A stretch of DNA of 64,000 nucleotides from an uncultured Acidobacteriota bacterium (GCA_963831545.1 CAWHQX010000011.1:143206-207205), one strand, 5' to 3'; positions 28,296-38,898 are shown, counted from the stretch's first letter. Program-made: numbers and translations. Notes: generated from the letters alone by a model not told the origin.

Positions 28296-29339
28296 ATGAA
28301 CGAGGAAACCAAAATGAACCCAAGAAAAACAAATGTACTAGCGCGAAAGGCTTTCGTGAGATTGTCGATCGTTGGCCTCTCTTGCGCCTTGACGTTGCTC
28401 ACCTCGTCACGTTTATTCGCGCAGGCGAATCCACCCGAATCTTCGCCGCAAAACCAGGAAACCTTTGCAACTCCGAAGGACGCTGCTGACGCACTCATCA
28501 AAGCAGCGAGCACCTTTGATGTGACGGCGCTGAAAGGGATTCTCGGACCGGGTGGCGACGATCTGGTCGCCTCGGAAGATGTTGTTCGAGACAAGAACAT
28601 CGCCATCGCATTTGCCGAGGAGGCGCAGCGAAAAACTTCAATAGCCATCGACCCGAAAAAACCGGAACGGGCCATTCTTATCGTGGGAGACAGGAACTGG
28701 CCGATGCCGATACCGATTGTGAAACGAAATGGAAAATGGCTCTTCGATACCAAAGCTGGCCGACAAGAGATGCTCTACCGGCGCATCGGCTCGAACGAAC
28801 TGGATGCCCTTCAGATTTGCCGAAACTACGTGGATGCCCAGCACGAATACGCATTGCAAAAACACGATAATTCCGAAGTGAATCAATACGCTCAGAGAGT
28901 TATCAGCACGCCCGGAAAACAAGACGGACTTGTATGGCGTAATCCGGATGGAAGCCTGGGCGGACCAATCTCTGAAGGAATTGCAGATGCTTTGGAGCAG
29001 GGCTATACGGATAAAGCAAAGCCCTATCACGGCTATTTCTTCAAAATCCTCAAAGGGCAAGGCCCCGCGGCTCCGCTGGGAAAGATGGATTTTGTCGTCG
29101 AGGGTGCCATGATCGGTGGCTTTGCTCTGGCCGCTGCACCGGCCGACTACCGCGTTACCGGAGTCGAAACCTTCATCGTCAGTTATGAAGGAATTGTCTA
29201 CCAAAAGGACTTGGGCCCAGACACTCTAAGGATCTTCAGGGAAATGGAGCTGTACGACCCAGACAAATCGTGGAAACCTACGAACGATAGCTGGCCGGAT
29301 GATGCGTCCGGTGATCTGTCAGAGCAAGCCAAGAATTGA
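28296..29339 (+). CDS. DUF2950-domain protein
   Basis: FATPKDAADAL, WPMPIPIVK..GKWLFDT.AG..EML.RRIGSNEL, PYHGYFFKILKGQG, IVYQKDLG; follows DUF3300. Confidence 0.9.
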   Translation: MNEETKMNPRKTNVLARKAFVRLSIVGLSCALTLLTSSRLFAQANPPESSPQNQETFATPKDAADALIKAASTFDVTALKGILGPGGDDLVASEDVVRDKNIAIAFAEEAQRKTSIAIDPKKPERAILIVGDRNWPMPIPIVKRNGKWLFDTKAGRQEMLYRRIGSNELDALQICRNYVDAQHEYALQKHDNSEVNQYAQRVISTPGKQDGLVWRNPDGSLGGPISEGIADALEQGYTDKAKPYHGYFFKILKGQGPAAPLGKMDFVVEGAMIGGFALAAAPADYRVTGVETFIVSYEGIVYQKDLGPDTLRIFREMELYDPDKSWKPTNDSWPDDASGDLSEQAKN

Positions 29340-29394
29340 ATGGGTAATTTAGTTTCTTAGACGATTGGGTCGGAGGTGCCGTACGCGTTGTTCG

Positions 29395-29804
29395 ATGCGC
29401 GCCTTGTCGGCTTTGGTTGTAGCTTTCACTTTCTTTGCTTTCTCAACGATTGCTCAGTGGGGGGGCATCTACACGGCCACAACCATTCCATCTGTCGCCT
29501 ATCGGGAGGCAGTACGAAAAATCGCATCCAGATTGTTTCCTACACCAGCGAATCGGAACGAGCCGAACTCAAGGAAGTGTTCTGCAGGGAGGGCCCCGAC
29601 AAAGGTGTCGCTCTCCTTCGCACTATGTCGAAGGGGTACACCAACATCGCCGGTCAATCTGGACGCAAGATCCTCGCCGCGGTAACTCTGGATGTTCCCA
29701 AAGGCGAACGCCTGATCCTGAGAGATGGCTTCTTCGATCTGGCTACGCAGAGTCCAGAGATCGCAATCTTGACCGACATCGTCGGCGCCAACAGAGTGTC
29801 TTAA
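29395..29804 (+). pseudogene. Probable frameshifted secreted hypothetical protein
   Basis: Signal peptide MRALSALVVAFTFFAFSTIAQ lies in one frame and the globular part GGSTKNRIQIVSYTSESERAELK... in another; a G7 run lies at 29458-29465. Confidence 0.45.
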
Positions 29805-29840
29805 CTCTGGCAATCCTACACTGTACATCTGTTCTCGAGG

Positions 29841-29860
29841 TACTAGGGTTTTCCCTAGTT
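29841..29860. promoter_or_regulatory. Island palindrome box 9 (TACTAGGG-TTTT-CCCTAGTT)
   Basis: Upstream of the RND operon. Rightward hexamer is weak (CAGAGT at 29882); leftward TAGGAT at 29818-29813. Confidence 0.8.
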
Positions 29861-30077
29861 GTTGCCATTTCCTGGATTAGACAGAGTGTGCGTGACAGAC
29901 CATTTGTTGCCGGCGCATTGATCGAGCAGTGCGAATAATCGGGGACTCCGATCGCTCGACGCGTATCTCCAGTCGGGCGCACCTGCGCCGGAAAACACCG
30001 ATTCTCGAACCGAGAGGCCGTTCCGCGTTTTGGCGCGGTTGGTCTACGACGGCAGTCGAAGTCCGGAGGCCAAACGA

Positions 30078-31283
30078 ATGACTCCAGAATGTAAGTTCAG
30101 GATCCCTCCACGGCTGCGCCACTCCTTTGCGAGAAAATCGATTCGTCACCCAGTTTGCATTTCGCGGCTTCTCTTTGCTCCCTTGCTCTTGCTTGCCACG
30201 ATCGCCGGGTGTTCTTCTAAAGAAGAAAAGCCAGTTTCTCCGCCTCTTGGAGTCACGGTCACACCGGTAGTCCAAAAGGATGTGCCCATCCATCAGGAAT
30301 GGGTCGGGACGATGGTTGGCAACGTGGACGCGGAGATTCGTCCCAAGGTCGAAGGATTTCTGCTTACCCGTCTCTACACCGAAGGCTCCTACGTGGAGAA
30401 GGGGCAGCCGATGTTCCAGTTGGATAAAAGACAGGCACAAGCGGCGGTCGAGCAGGCTACGGGGAACCTGGAGCGCGCACGGGCTGCGTTGAGCCAGGCT
30501 CAAATCGATGTGCGGCGCTTTACCCCTCTGGTGGCCCAAAGGGCCGTGAGCCAAGCAGAACTGGACAAAGCCACGAGTTCGGAAAGGGCTGCGTCCGCTA
30601 CGGTGGACGCGGATCAAGCTGCCCTAGACAACGCCAAGTTGAATCTTGGCTGGACAACGGTGACTTCGCCGATTTCTGGGATTGCGGGAGTCGCCAAGGT
30701 CGGAATCGGAGATCTGATTACCCCGACTACGGTCATGACGACCGTCTCGACTGTGAACCCAATCTACGTTGACATCAACATCGCTGAACAAGACTACATG
30801 CGGCTTCAGCGGAACAAGCCCGGTCAGTCCAAACAGCCGAATCTGGAACTGATTCTAGGGGACGGGACGCTCTATCCTCAGCGGGGAAGCGTGCGGTTCG
30901 TCAACCGCGAAGTGGACTCAAGAACGGGGACCATTCAAGTACGCGGAGAGTTTCCAAACCCAGGCAACGTGCTACGCCCTGGTCAGTACGCACGCATTCG
31001 AGCGATTACGGAATTGCGTAACGCTGCATTTCTGATCCCTCAGCAATCGGTTTCTGAACTACAAGGTATCTATCAGGTTGGAGTCGTGGGCTCAGACAAC
31101 AAGGTCACGATTAAGACAGTGAAACTCGGTCCACAGTTCGGTGATATGTGGGTCGTTGAATCCGGACTCCAGCCCGGAGAAAGCGTGATCGTCGACGGAT
31201 TGCAACGCGTGAAGACGGGAGTGACAGTTGCTCCGACGCCGTTCAAAGATACTCAGGCCAACGCCATGAAGGGTGAGAAGTAA
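30078..31283 (+). CDS. RND efflux periplasmic adaptor (MFP, AcrA-like)
   Basis: Lipobox LATIAGC, EIRPKVEGFL, TVTSPISGIAG, VDSRTGT, LRPGQY; GGAGG before ATG 30078. Confidence 0.93.
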   Translation: MTPECKFRIPPRLRHSFARKSIRHPVCISRLLFAPLLLLATIAGCSSKEEKPVSPPLGVTVTPVVQKDVPIHQEWVGTMVGNVDAEIRPKVEGFLLTRLYTEGSYVEKGQPMFQLDKRQAQAAVEQATGNLERARAALSQAQIDVRRFTPLVAQRAVSQAELDKATSSERAASATVDADQAALDNAKLNLGWTTVTSPISGIAGVAKVGIGDLITPTTVMTTVSTVNPIYVDINIAEQDYMRLQRNKPGQSKQPNLELILGDGTLYPQRGSVRFVNREVDSRTGTIQVRGEFPNPGNVLRPGQYARIRAITELRNAAFLIPQQSVSELQGIYQVGVVGSDNKVTIKTVKLGPQFGDMWVVESGLQPGESVIVDGLQRVKTGVTVAPTPFKDTQANAMKGEK

Positions 31284-31285
31284 CC

Positions 31286-34200
31286 ATGTCAAAATTCTTC
31301 ATTAGTCGGCCGATCGTCGCGATCGTTATCTCGATTGTTACGGTAATCGGGGGGCTCGTGGCGATGATGAAGTTGCCAGTCGCTCAACTGCCCGATATCG
31401 TCCCACCACAAATAAATGTATCAGCCACGTATACGGGCGCGGACGCGCTGACGATTGAACAGTCCGTTGCCACGCCGCTGGAACAGCAAATGAACGGTGT
31501 GGACAATATGCTTTACATGATGTCCACGAACGCGAACGACGGCACCATGACGCTTAAGGTGACCTACGATGTCGGCACCAACGTGGACATCGACCAGGTG
31601 AACACGCAGAACCGGGTATCCCAGGCCAGCCCCAATCTCCCCACTTCGGTTAACCAATATGGCGTGACCGTAAAGAAACTGATGGGTCTTCCGCTGCTGG
31701 TGCTCTCTGTCTATTCGCCAGACGGCACGTACAACGGCCAGTTCCTGGGCAACTACGCGACCATCAATATCAACGACGCGCTTCTGCGCGTCCCGGGAGT
31801 CGGACAAGTCACGAACTTTGGTGCTGCCGACTATGCCATGCGCATATGGGTAAAGCCGGACCAGTTGACGAAACTCGGAATGACCGTCACGGATTTGACA
31901 AACGCCGTGCAGCAACAAAGCGCTGTGAATCCTGCCGGCCAGATTGGTGCCGAACCCGCCCCCAAAGGCCAGCAGTTCACTTACGCTGTTCGCGCGCCCG
32001 GCCGTCTCGTGAATCCCGAAGATTTTGGCAACATCATCGTTCGTCAGAATCCCGATGGCTCGACGGTCAGGCTCAAAGATGTTTCGCGGATTGAACTGGG
32101 ATCCCTCGTCTATCAGCAGATCGGACGCTACAACGGGAAACCGGCCGTCATTATCGCGGTTTATCAGGCCCCAGGTTCGAACGCCTTGGCCGTAGCGAAA
32201 CAAGTCAAGGAGCAAATGGAGGAATTGAAATCTAATTTTCCGGGTGGCCTCGAGTATGTCGTCGCCATGGACACGACTCTTCCAATTACAGAAGGGATGA
32301 AAGAGATCATCAGCACCCTCCTTGAGGCGCTAGTCCTCGTTATCATCGTGGTGTTTCTGTTTCTCCAGAATTGGCGCGCGACTCTGATTCCGCTGCTGGC
32401 GGTACCAGTCTCACTTATTGGTACATTCGCTATATTCCCCATTCTTGGTTTTTCGATTAACACCCTGTCGCTGTTCGGCCTGATCCTCGCCATTGGCCTC
32501 GTGGTGGACGATGCGATTGTCGTTGTCGAAGCCGTCGAGCACCACATTGAACATGGACTATCGCCGAAGGACGCAACTCACAAGGCCATGGAAGAAGTGT
32601 CCGGTCCGGTAGTTGGCATAGCGTTGGTGCTCTCTGCGGTGTTCGTGCCTATGGCGGCGTTGGGCGGCATCAAGGGACTGCTGAACCAGCAATTCGCAAT
32701 CACGATCGCTATCTCAGTGCTTATTTCTGCCTTCAATGCTTTGACGCTCTCCCCTGCGCTGTCTGCGATGCTGCTTCGTCCCCGCAAAAAGTCGAAAGGT
32801 CCACTGGGGAAATTTTTCGATCTGTTCAATCGTGCATTCGAAAAGATGACCGGCGGTTATGTGAGTTGGAGCCATCTTCTTATTCGTAGGTGGGCGCTTG
32901 CGATGCTGTTCCTCGTCGGCATCTCCGTGATTGCCGTGGGAATGGGCCGGCGCCTCCCCACGAGTTTTATACCGGAAGAGGATCAGGGCTATGCATTCCT
33001 GCAGATACAACTCCCTGATGCGGCCTCATTGCAGCGGACTGATGCTGTGATGCGCAAGATTGACGAAATGCTGGCGCACATGCACGGCGTTCAGAGTTTC
33101 AGCGGAATCTCCGGCTTCAGCTTACTTTCAAACACCTCTGCCTCCTACACCGGTTTTTACTTCCTTCAACTTGAACCGTGGGAAGAGCGCAAAACCGATG
33201 AGCTTTCCGCTACTGGCTTGATGCGCAGCCTAAACCAGAAATTGAGCAAGGAAATCCCGGAGAGTATGGCTTTTGCCTTCGGTCCTCCTGCTATTCCCGG
33301 CCTGGGCACCGCGGGCGGGTTCACGTTTATGTTGCAAGATCGTAGCGGCGGAAGCCTTCAACAGCTATGGGATACTCTGGAACAATTGACGCAAGCCGCG
33401 CGCAAGCGTCCAGAAATCGCGTCATTGGTCACGACCTTCCGTCCGTCCGTACCGCAGCTGTTTGTGGATGTCGATCAAGATCGAATTCTTAAGCAAGGAC
33501 TTCAGTTCGGCGAGGTGTTCCAGACATTGCAGGCATTCCTTGGCGGCGCTTATGTGAACCAGTTCAATCGCTTCGGACGGCAGTGGAAGGTGTACCTCCA
33601 GGCAGAACCTCAGTTCCGCAACAGCGCGGATCAGATTAGCAACTTCTACGTTCGCAACTCCAAGGGCGATATGACGCCGTTGGCCTCACTAGTCACGATC
33701 AAGCGAGTTTCTGGGCCCGAGTACACGAACCGTTTCAATTTGTTTCGCAGCATCCAGATTAACGGTACGCCAGCTCCCGGTGTCAGTTCGGGGCAGGCGA
33801 TGGCGGCGATGGAACAAGTTGCGAAGGAAGTCTTGCCCTCAGGATTCGGATACGCGTGGAGCGATATGTCGTTCCAAGAAAAAAAGGCCGAAGGCGGGCA
33901 AGCGATGGTTTTTGGGATGTCCTTCTTATTTGTGTTTCTGATTCTGGCGGCACTGTATGAGAGTTGGTCGCTTCCTTTCAGCGTGCTTCTATCAGTCCCT
34001 GTGGCGGTTCTGGGTGCCTACGGCGGGCTGCTTCTACGCAAATTCGATAACAACGTCTTTGCACAGATTGGCCTGGTGATGCTGATCGGACTCACTGCCA
34101 AGAACGCCATCCTGATTGTTGAGTTCGCAGTATTGGAACACTCAAAAGGAAAGGAGCTGGTGGAAGCCACACTTGAAGGTGCCCGGTTGCGTTTGCGACC

Positions 34201-34438
34201 AATCCTGATGACGTCGTTCGCGTTTATTCTGGGATGCGTTCCTCTTTGGACGGCGAAGGGAGCAGGCGCTATTGGTCGGAAGGTGCTGGGGAGTTCAGTG
34301 ATCACCGGCATGGGTGCCGCAACCGTTCTTGGAGTTTTCCTCGTACCCGTCCTGTTTGTGGTGGTTGAGCGCATCGCCAAGAAAAAACCTCACGTGGTCG
34401 TGGAGCAACCCGCCGTACTCGAAGGAGGCCACGACTGA
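31286..34438 (+). CDS. RND efflux permease (HAE1, AcrB-like)
   Basis: MSKFFISRPIVA, AIGLVVDDAIVVVE, GLTAKNAILIVEF, RLRPILMTSFAF. Confidence 0.96.
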   Translation: MSKFFISRPIVAIVISIVTVIGGLVAMMKLPVAQLPDIVPPQINVSATYTGADALTIEQSVATPLEQQMNGVDNMLYMMSTNANDGTMTLKVTYDVGTNVDIDQVNTQNRVSQASPNLPTSVNQYGVTVKKLMGLPLLVLSVYSPDGTYNGQFLGNYATININDALLRVPGVGQVTNFGAADYAMRIWVKPDQLTKLGMTVTDLTNAVQQQSAVNPAGQIGAEPAPKGQQFTYAVRAPGRLVNPEDFGNIIVRQNPDGSTVRLKDVSRIELGSLVYQQIGRYNGKPAVIIAVYQAPGSNALAVAKQVKEQMEELKSNFPGGLEYVVAMDTTLPITEGMKEIISTLLEALVLVIIVVFLFLQNWRATLIPLLAVPVSLIGTFAIFPILGFSINTLSLFGLILAIGLVVDDAIVVVEAVEHHIEHGLSPKDATHKAMEEVSGPVVGIALVLSAVFVPMAALGGIKGLLNQQFAITIAISVLISAFNALTLSPALSAMLLRPRKKSKGPLGKFFDLFNRAFEKMTGGYVSWSHLLIRRWALAMLFLVGISVIAVGMGRRLPTSFIPEEDQGYAFLQIQLPDAASLQRTDAVMRKIDEMLAHMHGVQSFSGISGFSLLSNTSASYTGFYFLQLEPWEERKTDELSATGLMRSLNQKLSKEIPESMAFAFGPPAIPGLGTAGGFTFMLQDRSGGSLQQLWDTLEQLTQAARKRPEIASLVTTFRPSVPQLFVDVDQDRILKQGLQFGEVFQTLQAFLGGAYVNQFNRFGRQWKVYLQAEPQFRNSADQISNFYVRNSKGDMTPLASLVTIKRVSGPEYTNRFNLFRSIQINGTPAPGVSSGQAMAAMEQVAKEVLPSGFGYAWSDMSFQEKKAEGGQAMVFGMSFLFVFLILAALYESWSLPFSVLLSVPVAVLGAYGGLLLRKFDNNVFAQIGLVMLIGLTAKNAILIVEFAVLEHSKGKELVEATLEGARLRLRPILMTSFAFILGCVPLWTAKGAGAIGRKVLGSSVITGMGAATVLGVFLVPVLFVVVERIAKKKPHVVVEQPAVLEGGHD

Positions 34439-35865
34439 TGCGAATCACCAGCGCAGTTGTGCTTCTGTCACTTCTCTTGACCGGCTGCAGCGTGGGCCCC
34501 AAATACAAGCGCCCGGAGATCCAGCCTCCGGCGGACTTCTATGCAGAGAGACAGATAAGCACGAGTTCCGAGGCGGATTTGGCGTGGTTCGATTTATTCA
34601 AGGATCCGGTTCTGCAAGGCCTGATACGGGAAGCTCTCAAGAACAACTATGACTTACAAGTAGCCTTCGCGAGGGTAGAGCAGGAACGTGCACTCTCCGG
34701 CGTGGCTCGTTCCCAATATTACCCTCAGGTAGGATATGGCGGAAGCATTTCCGGGCAGCAGGCTCCATACCCCCTCGTTTCGAACCACACGTATTATGCC
34801 TACAACTTCAGCACCATCTGGGAAATTGACCTGTTCGGGCGTATCCGCAAACTGAATGAAGCACAGCGGGCCGCGTATTTTGGCAGCGAGGATGCCAGGC
34901 GCGATATTCGACTCCTGGTTCTGTCGGAAGTTGCGCAGGGATACTTTCAACTGCGAGCACTCGATGCCGATGTCGAGGTTGCGAGTCGAACGGTCAAGAG
35001 TTTTCAGGTTACTCTGGACATCTTTCAGCACCGGCTTGAGGGCGGCGCGGCTTCCGGTCTAGAGGTTGCTCGGGCACAAGCGGCGCTTGCGAACGTCGCC
35101 GCTGTGATCCCAGACTTGCGGAGACAGATCGTGGCGCAAGAGGCAGCGTTGAATTTGCTTTTGGGGCGCGCCCCCGGCCCGATTGCCCGCGGCAGCGCTT
35201 TGGCCGACCAGTTTGACCCGCCGGAGGTGCCCACCGGGTTGCCGTCACAATTGTTGGAGCGTCGGCCCGATCTCCAGCAAGCAGAAGAGAATCTCATTGC
35301 TGCAAACGCCAACGTCGGCGTCGCAAAAGCCAATTTTTTTCCGACGATTTCCTTGACGGGAGTGCTAGGTGGAGTAAGCCCGCAACTTTCGGAACTCACA
35401 GGTGCCGGAAGGGCGTGGAGCCTCGCCGGAAATTTGGCTGGTCCTCTTTTTACGGCTGGCCGTTTAAAGAATGAATATCGGGCATCTCTGGCGCAACGCG
35501 ACCAGGCAAAGATCGCCTTTGAGAAGTCCGTTACGCAGGCCTTTGGCGAGGTCTCAACGTCGCTCTCAGCCCATCAAGAGCTGGCCAATGCGTACGCGGA
35601 ACAGCTCGGCTCCGTCGAGGCATATCGTGAGTCAGTTCGGCTGTCGAGCATCCGATATGACAGCGGCCTCGCAAGCTATCTCGAGATCATTGATGCGCAG
35701 ATCCAAATGTATCCGGCAGAGCAGTCGGCCATCATCTACGACCTCGGTCGCAAGGTGTCCCTTGTCAATCTGTATCGAGCGCTGGGCGGCGGTTGGAATC
35801 TGAATGATGCGCAGTGGAGTAGCACGAGTGGGACGGCTGCGCCAGCGCCGTCACCTACCCCGTAA
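34438..35865 (+). CDS. Efflux outer-membrane lipoprotein (NodT/OprM family)
   Basis: LLTGCSVGPKY, WEIDLFGRIR, LLERRPDL, LYRALGGGW. Confidence 0.95.
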   Translation: MRITSAVVLLSLLLTGCSVGPKYKRPEIQPPADFYAERQISTSSEADLAWFDLFKDPVLQGLIREALKNNYDLQVAFARVEQERALSGVARSQYYPQVGYGGSISGQQAPYPLVSNHTYYAYNFSTIWEIDLFGRIRKLNEAQRAAYFGSEDARRDIRLLVLSEVAQGYFQLRALDADVEVASRTVKSFQVTLDIFQHRLEGGAASGLEVARAQAALANVAAVIPDLRRQIVAQEAALNLLLGRAPGPIARGSALADQFDPPEVPTGLPSQLLERRPDLQQAEENLIAANANVGVAKANFFPTISLTGVLGGVSPQLSELTGAGRAWSLAGNLAGPLFTAGRLKNEYRASLAQRDQAKIAFEKSVTQAFGEVSTSLSAHQELANAYAEQLGSVEAYRESVRLSSIRYDSGLASYLEIIDAQIQMYPAEQSAIIYDLGRKVSLVNLYRALGGGWNLNDAQWSSTSGTAAPAPSPTP

Positions 35866-35900
35866 AAGAGTCTTTATTGCGAAAGAGGAGCAAACTTTCA

Positions 35901-36710
35901 ATGGCCAAAAACGACGCGTCACAGGAAGATAAATTCTTGAAGAAGAAAAAATACGAAAAAGAAATGAAGCGGCTCCAGGCGGAACTCTGCAGATTGCAGG
36001 ACTGGGTTAAATACAAAGGTCTCAGGATCATTGTTGTCTTCGAGGGACGGGATGCCGCAGGCAAAGGTGGCACAATTCGCGCCATGACGGAGCGGGTCAG
36101 CCCGCGCGTATCTCGCTTGATCGCGCTGCCGGCCCCTTCCGACCGCGAGAAAAGTCAGATGTACATCCAGCGCTACATGCAACATTTTCCAGCCGCAGGC
36201 GAGGTCGTGATCTTTGACCGTAGCTGGTACAACCGCGCCGGCGTTGAGCACGTCATGGGCTTTTGCTCGGACAAACAATACCGCGAGTTTCTGAAGCTCT
36301 GCCCGACGGTCGAAAAATACATCACCGATGCCGGAATTATCCTCATCAAATACTGGCTGGAGGTCGGCCAGAAGGAGCAACAACGCCGGTTCGAAGCGCG
36401 CCTCAAGGATCCTCTCCGCCAGTGGAAGCTCAGTCCCATGGACCTGGAATCGTTTCGCCGCTGGTATGACTATTCGCGTGCCAGGGATCGCATGCTCGAG
36501 GCTACGGACTCAAAACATGCCCCATGGCACCTGGTTCGCTCCGACGATAAGCGCAGGGCTCGGCTGAACTGCATTTCTCACTTGCTGAGCATAATTCCCT
36601 ACAAGAAAGTTCCCCGGGAGAAGATTGAGCTACCGAAGCGCTCGGAAAAACATGGCTACAACGATCAGGCATCGGTCAAGCGGCACAAATTCATTCCGGA
36701 GAAATACTGA
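35901..36710 (+). CDS. ppk2: Polyphosphate kinase 2
   Basis: FEGRDAAGKGGTI P-loop, LPAPSDRE, FDRSWYNRAGVE, WKLSPMD. Confidence 0.95.
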   Translation: MAKNDASQEDKFLKKKKYEKEMKRLQAELCRLQDWVKYKGLRIIVVFEGRDAAGKGGTIRAMTERVSPRVSRLIALPAPSDREKSQMYIQRYMQHFPAAGEVVIFDRSWYNRAGVEHVMGFCSDKQYREFLKLCPTVEKYITDAGIILIKYWLEVGQKEQQRRFEARLKDPLRQWKLSPMDLESFRRWYDYSRARDRMLEATDSKHAPWHLVRSDDKRRARLNCISHLLSIIPYKKVPREKIELPKRSEKHGYNDQASVKRHKFIPEKY

Positions 36711-36726
36711 TAAAAAGGGGAAAGAA

Positions 36727-37274
36727 ATGCGAAGGCTGATTGTTTTAGGATTCATTTTATTTCTAATGAGCGGTGCTTCGTTGTTTGCGCAAGATGGGCG
36801 TTACAACGGCGACAGAAAAGCCGATTTTAGCAAATTCAAGACCTCCAGAGCAGCTCAACAACCAAATCCATTGTGCCGTTACCCGCGAATTGACCGCTAA
36901 GGGACTTCGCGAGGTAAAGCCGGAAGAGAATCCCGATCTAGTGGTTCGATATTGGGCGTGGCGACCAGTGCCAATTGGGTGTCTTTGGCCCCTACTTTGG
37001 TTATCACTGGGGTATGTCTACTACAACATGGAAACTTACACCAACCACCAAGGCACACTCGGCATCGAAACTCATTGATGCAAGAGCGCGCGAACTCGCC
37101 TGGCGCATGTTGGTTAGCGTCAGGTTAATTCGCTCTGACTCCGACAAAATTTGGAAGACAGCTGACAGCGATATCAAGAATGTTTTTAAAGCTATCCGCC
37201 CTCTGCAAAAGAGGTGGAAGCAAAGAAACAACAGTGGGCCAAAGAACGCCGCAAAGAAGCCCTCCCAACCTTAG
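36727..37274 (+). pseudogene. Multiply frameshifted DUF4136-like secreted protein
   Basis: Pieces in three frames: MRRLIVLG...ADFSKFKT / RELTAKGL...NPDLVVRY...GTLGIE / LIDARARELAWR. Confidence 0.7.
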
Positions 37275-37283
37275 CGTAGGGTA

Positions 37284-38573
37284 TCAACTCATTCGCCACG
37301 GTTGGCCGGTGGAGGCGAGGACGCTGTTCCAAAGGGTTCCCTTGGGGTCAATCTTTTTTCGTTGTGATGTGGCGAGCGATATAGGTACATGGGTGAACTG
37401 GTGGTTCCAGAAACCGACCACCATGTTTGTTCTGCCACTCATTCCTGCATGCACGGCGTTGTGTGCAAGAAGGAGGCAGAAGGCCGAGTCATGTGGGTTT
37501 GCCGGCACGCTCCTGATGATGTAGCTCGGATCGATGTACTTGATGCTTACTTTCGTACCTGTAGTCTTAAAGTGCTCTCCAATCGTGTCGCGCAGGAAAA
37601 TTCCGATGTCTGCGTACTGGACGTTTCCCGAAGGGTCGCAGTCCGCCCTTTTTTGCAAGAGATCTTGGCCCGCACCTTCCGCGACAACAATCACTGCATG
37701 GCCTCTGCGATCGAGGCGTAACTTGAGTTCAGCCAGGAATTTATCGAGAGTAAACGCAACTTCGGGAACAAGACAAAAGTTCGCCTGGCTGTCGACCAGG
37801 ACGGAATAGGCTGCGATGAATCCGGAGTCGCGGCCCATCAATTTTACCAGTCCGATGCCGTTGGTCGCAGCCTCTGCCTCGGTGTTGGCCGCATAAATGG
37901 CTCGGCGCGCTTCGGAAACCGCTGTCTCGAAACCGAAGGTCTTTTGAACGAAGGAGACGTCGTTGTCGATGGTCTTCGGGACGCCAATGACGCTGAGGGC
38001 CATCCCTTGCCGACTCGCTTCTTCGGCGATTTTCTGCGCTCCCCGAAGGGTGCCGTCGCCGCCTATGGCGAAGAGGATACCGATCTTCAGGTCTGCGAGG
38101 GTTTGGACCATCTCCGCCGGGTCCTGAGGCCCACGCGAAGAGCCCAAAACAGTCCCGCCGGTCTCGTGAATTCGCTTGACCGACTCTGGCAATAGTTTGA
38201 GAGGCTCGTGGCCGTACCGGCGCACGAGGCCCTCATAGCCAAAGCGGAACCCATACACCTTATTCACGTCGTAGTGGTGGTACAGGCTCAGGACGATGGA
38301 GCGAATCACATCGTTCAACCCTGGACAGAGCCCACCGCAGGTCACTATTCCGCAAACGAGTTTTGAGGGATCGAAAAAGAGATTCTCCCTCGGTCCCGCT
38401 GCCTCCATCGCGGGAGGATCCGCACGTTCTGCGATCCATAACTTTATGTCCTCCAGTCGCGCGTGAAACAGCACACGTTCGTCGTCGCAGGTAAATCGTA
38501 CGCCGGATAACGGTGAAGGAAAGCGGCACGGGCCCAATCGCGCTATCGCAAAATTAAGATCGCCCTCTAGCAT
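37284..38573 (-). CDS. pfkA: 6-phosphofructokinase, GGDG + PKTIDND type (probably ATP-dependent)
   Basis: TCGGLCPGLN, GTVLGSSRG, IGGDGT, VPKTIDND, KLMGRDSG, YIDPSYIIRS. Confidence 0.9.
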   Translation of the reverse strand: MLEGDLNFAIARLGPCRFPSPLSGVRFTCDDERVLFHARLEDIKLWIAERADPPAMEAAGPRENLFFDPSKLVCGIVTCGGLCPGLNDVIRSIVLSLYHHYDVNKVYGFRFGYEGLVRRYGHEPLKLLPESVKRIHETGGTVLGSSRGPQDPAEMVQTLADLKIGILFAIGGDGTLRGAQKIAEEASRQGMALSVIGVPKTIDNDVSFVQKTFGFETAVSEARRAIYAANTEAEAATNGIGLVKLMGRDSGFIAAYSVLVDSQANFCLVPEVAFTLDKFLAELKLRLDRRGHAVIVVAEGAGQDLLQKRADCDPSGNVQYADIGIFLRDTIGEHFKTTGTKVSIKYIDPSYIIRSVPANPHDSAFCLLLAHNAVHAGMSGRTNMVVGFWNHQFTHVPISLATSQRKKIDPKGTLWNSVLASTGQPWRMS

Positions 38574-38826
38574 AAATGTTATCCTCTCTTCTTTCGGCTT
38601 TCGACCGATCCTTTCAGACGGAGCGTTGTCCGTAGTGCGTAGCCGTCTTCGTTATAGTTCGTGAGCCGGTGCATTTCCGAGACGAGTCCAGAGGACGGCC
38701 ACGGACCGAGAGCCGGCCCGGTACGTGCACCCCGAGACAGGCGATGCTCTTTGCCATTCCACGGTGACTTGAGGCGATTCCAGGACTTCAATACACGCAT
38801 CCTAAGGCAAAGAAGCTCTGGACGGC

Positions 38827-38846
38827 TACTGGGAAAACCCCTAGTT
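38827..38846. promoter_or_regulatory. Island palindrome box 10 (TACTGGGA-AAAC-CCCTAGTT)
   Basis: TAGGAT on the minus strand at 38804-38799 faces pfkA. Confidence 0.7.
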
Positions 38847-38878
38847 CACTTTGAAGTCGATTTGAAAAATGACGCAGT

Positions 38879-38898
38879 GATCAGGGATTTCCCTAGTT
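38879..38898. promoter_or_regulatory. Island palindrome box 11 (GATCAGGG-ATTT-CCCTAGTT)
   Basis: 52 bp from box 10, upstream of the BASS gene; no good -10 at the fixed spacing. Confidence 0.7.
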
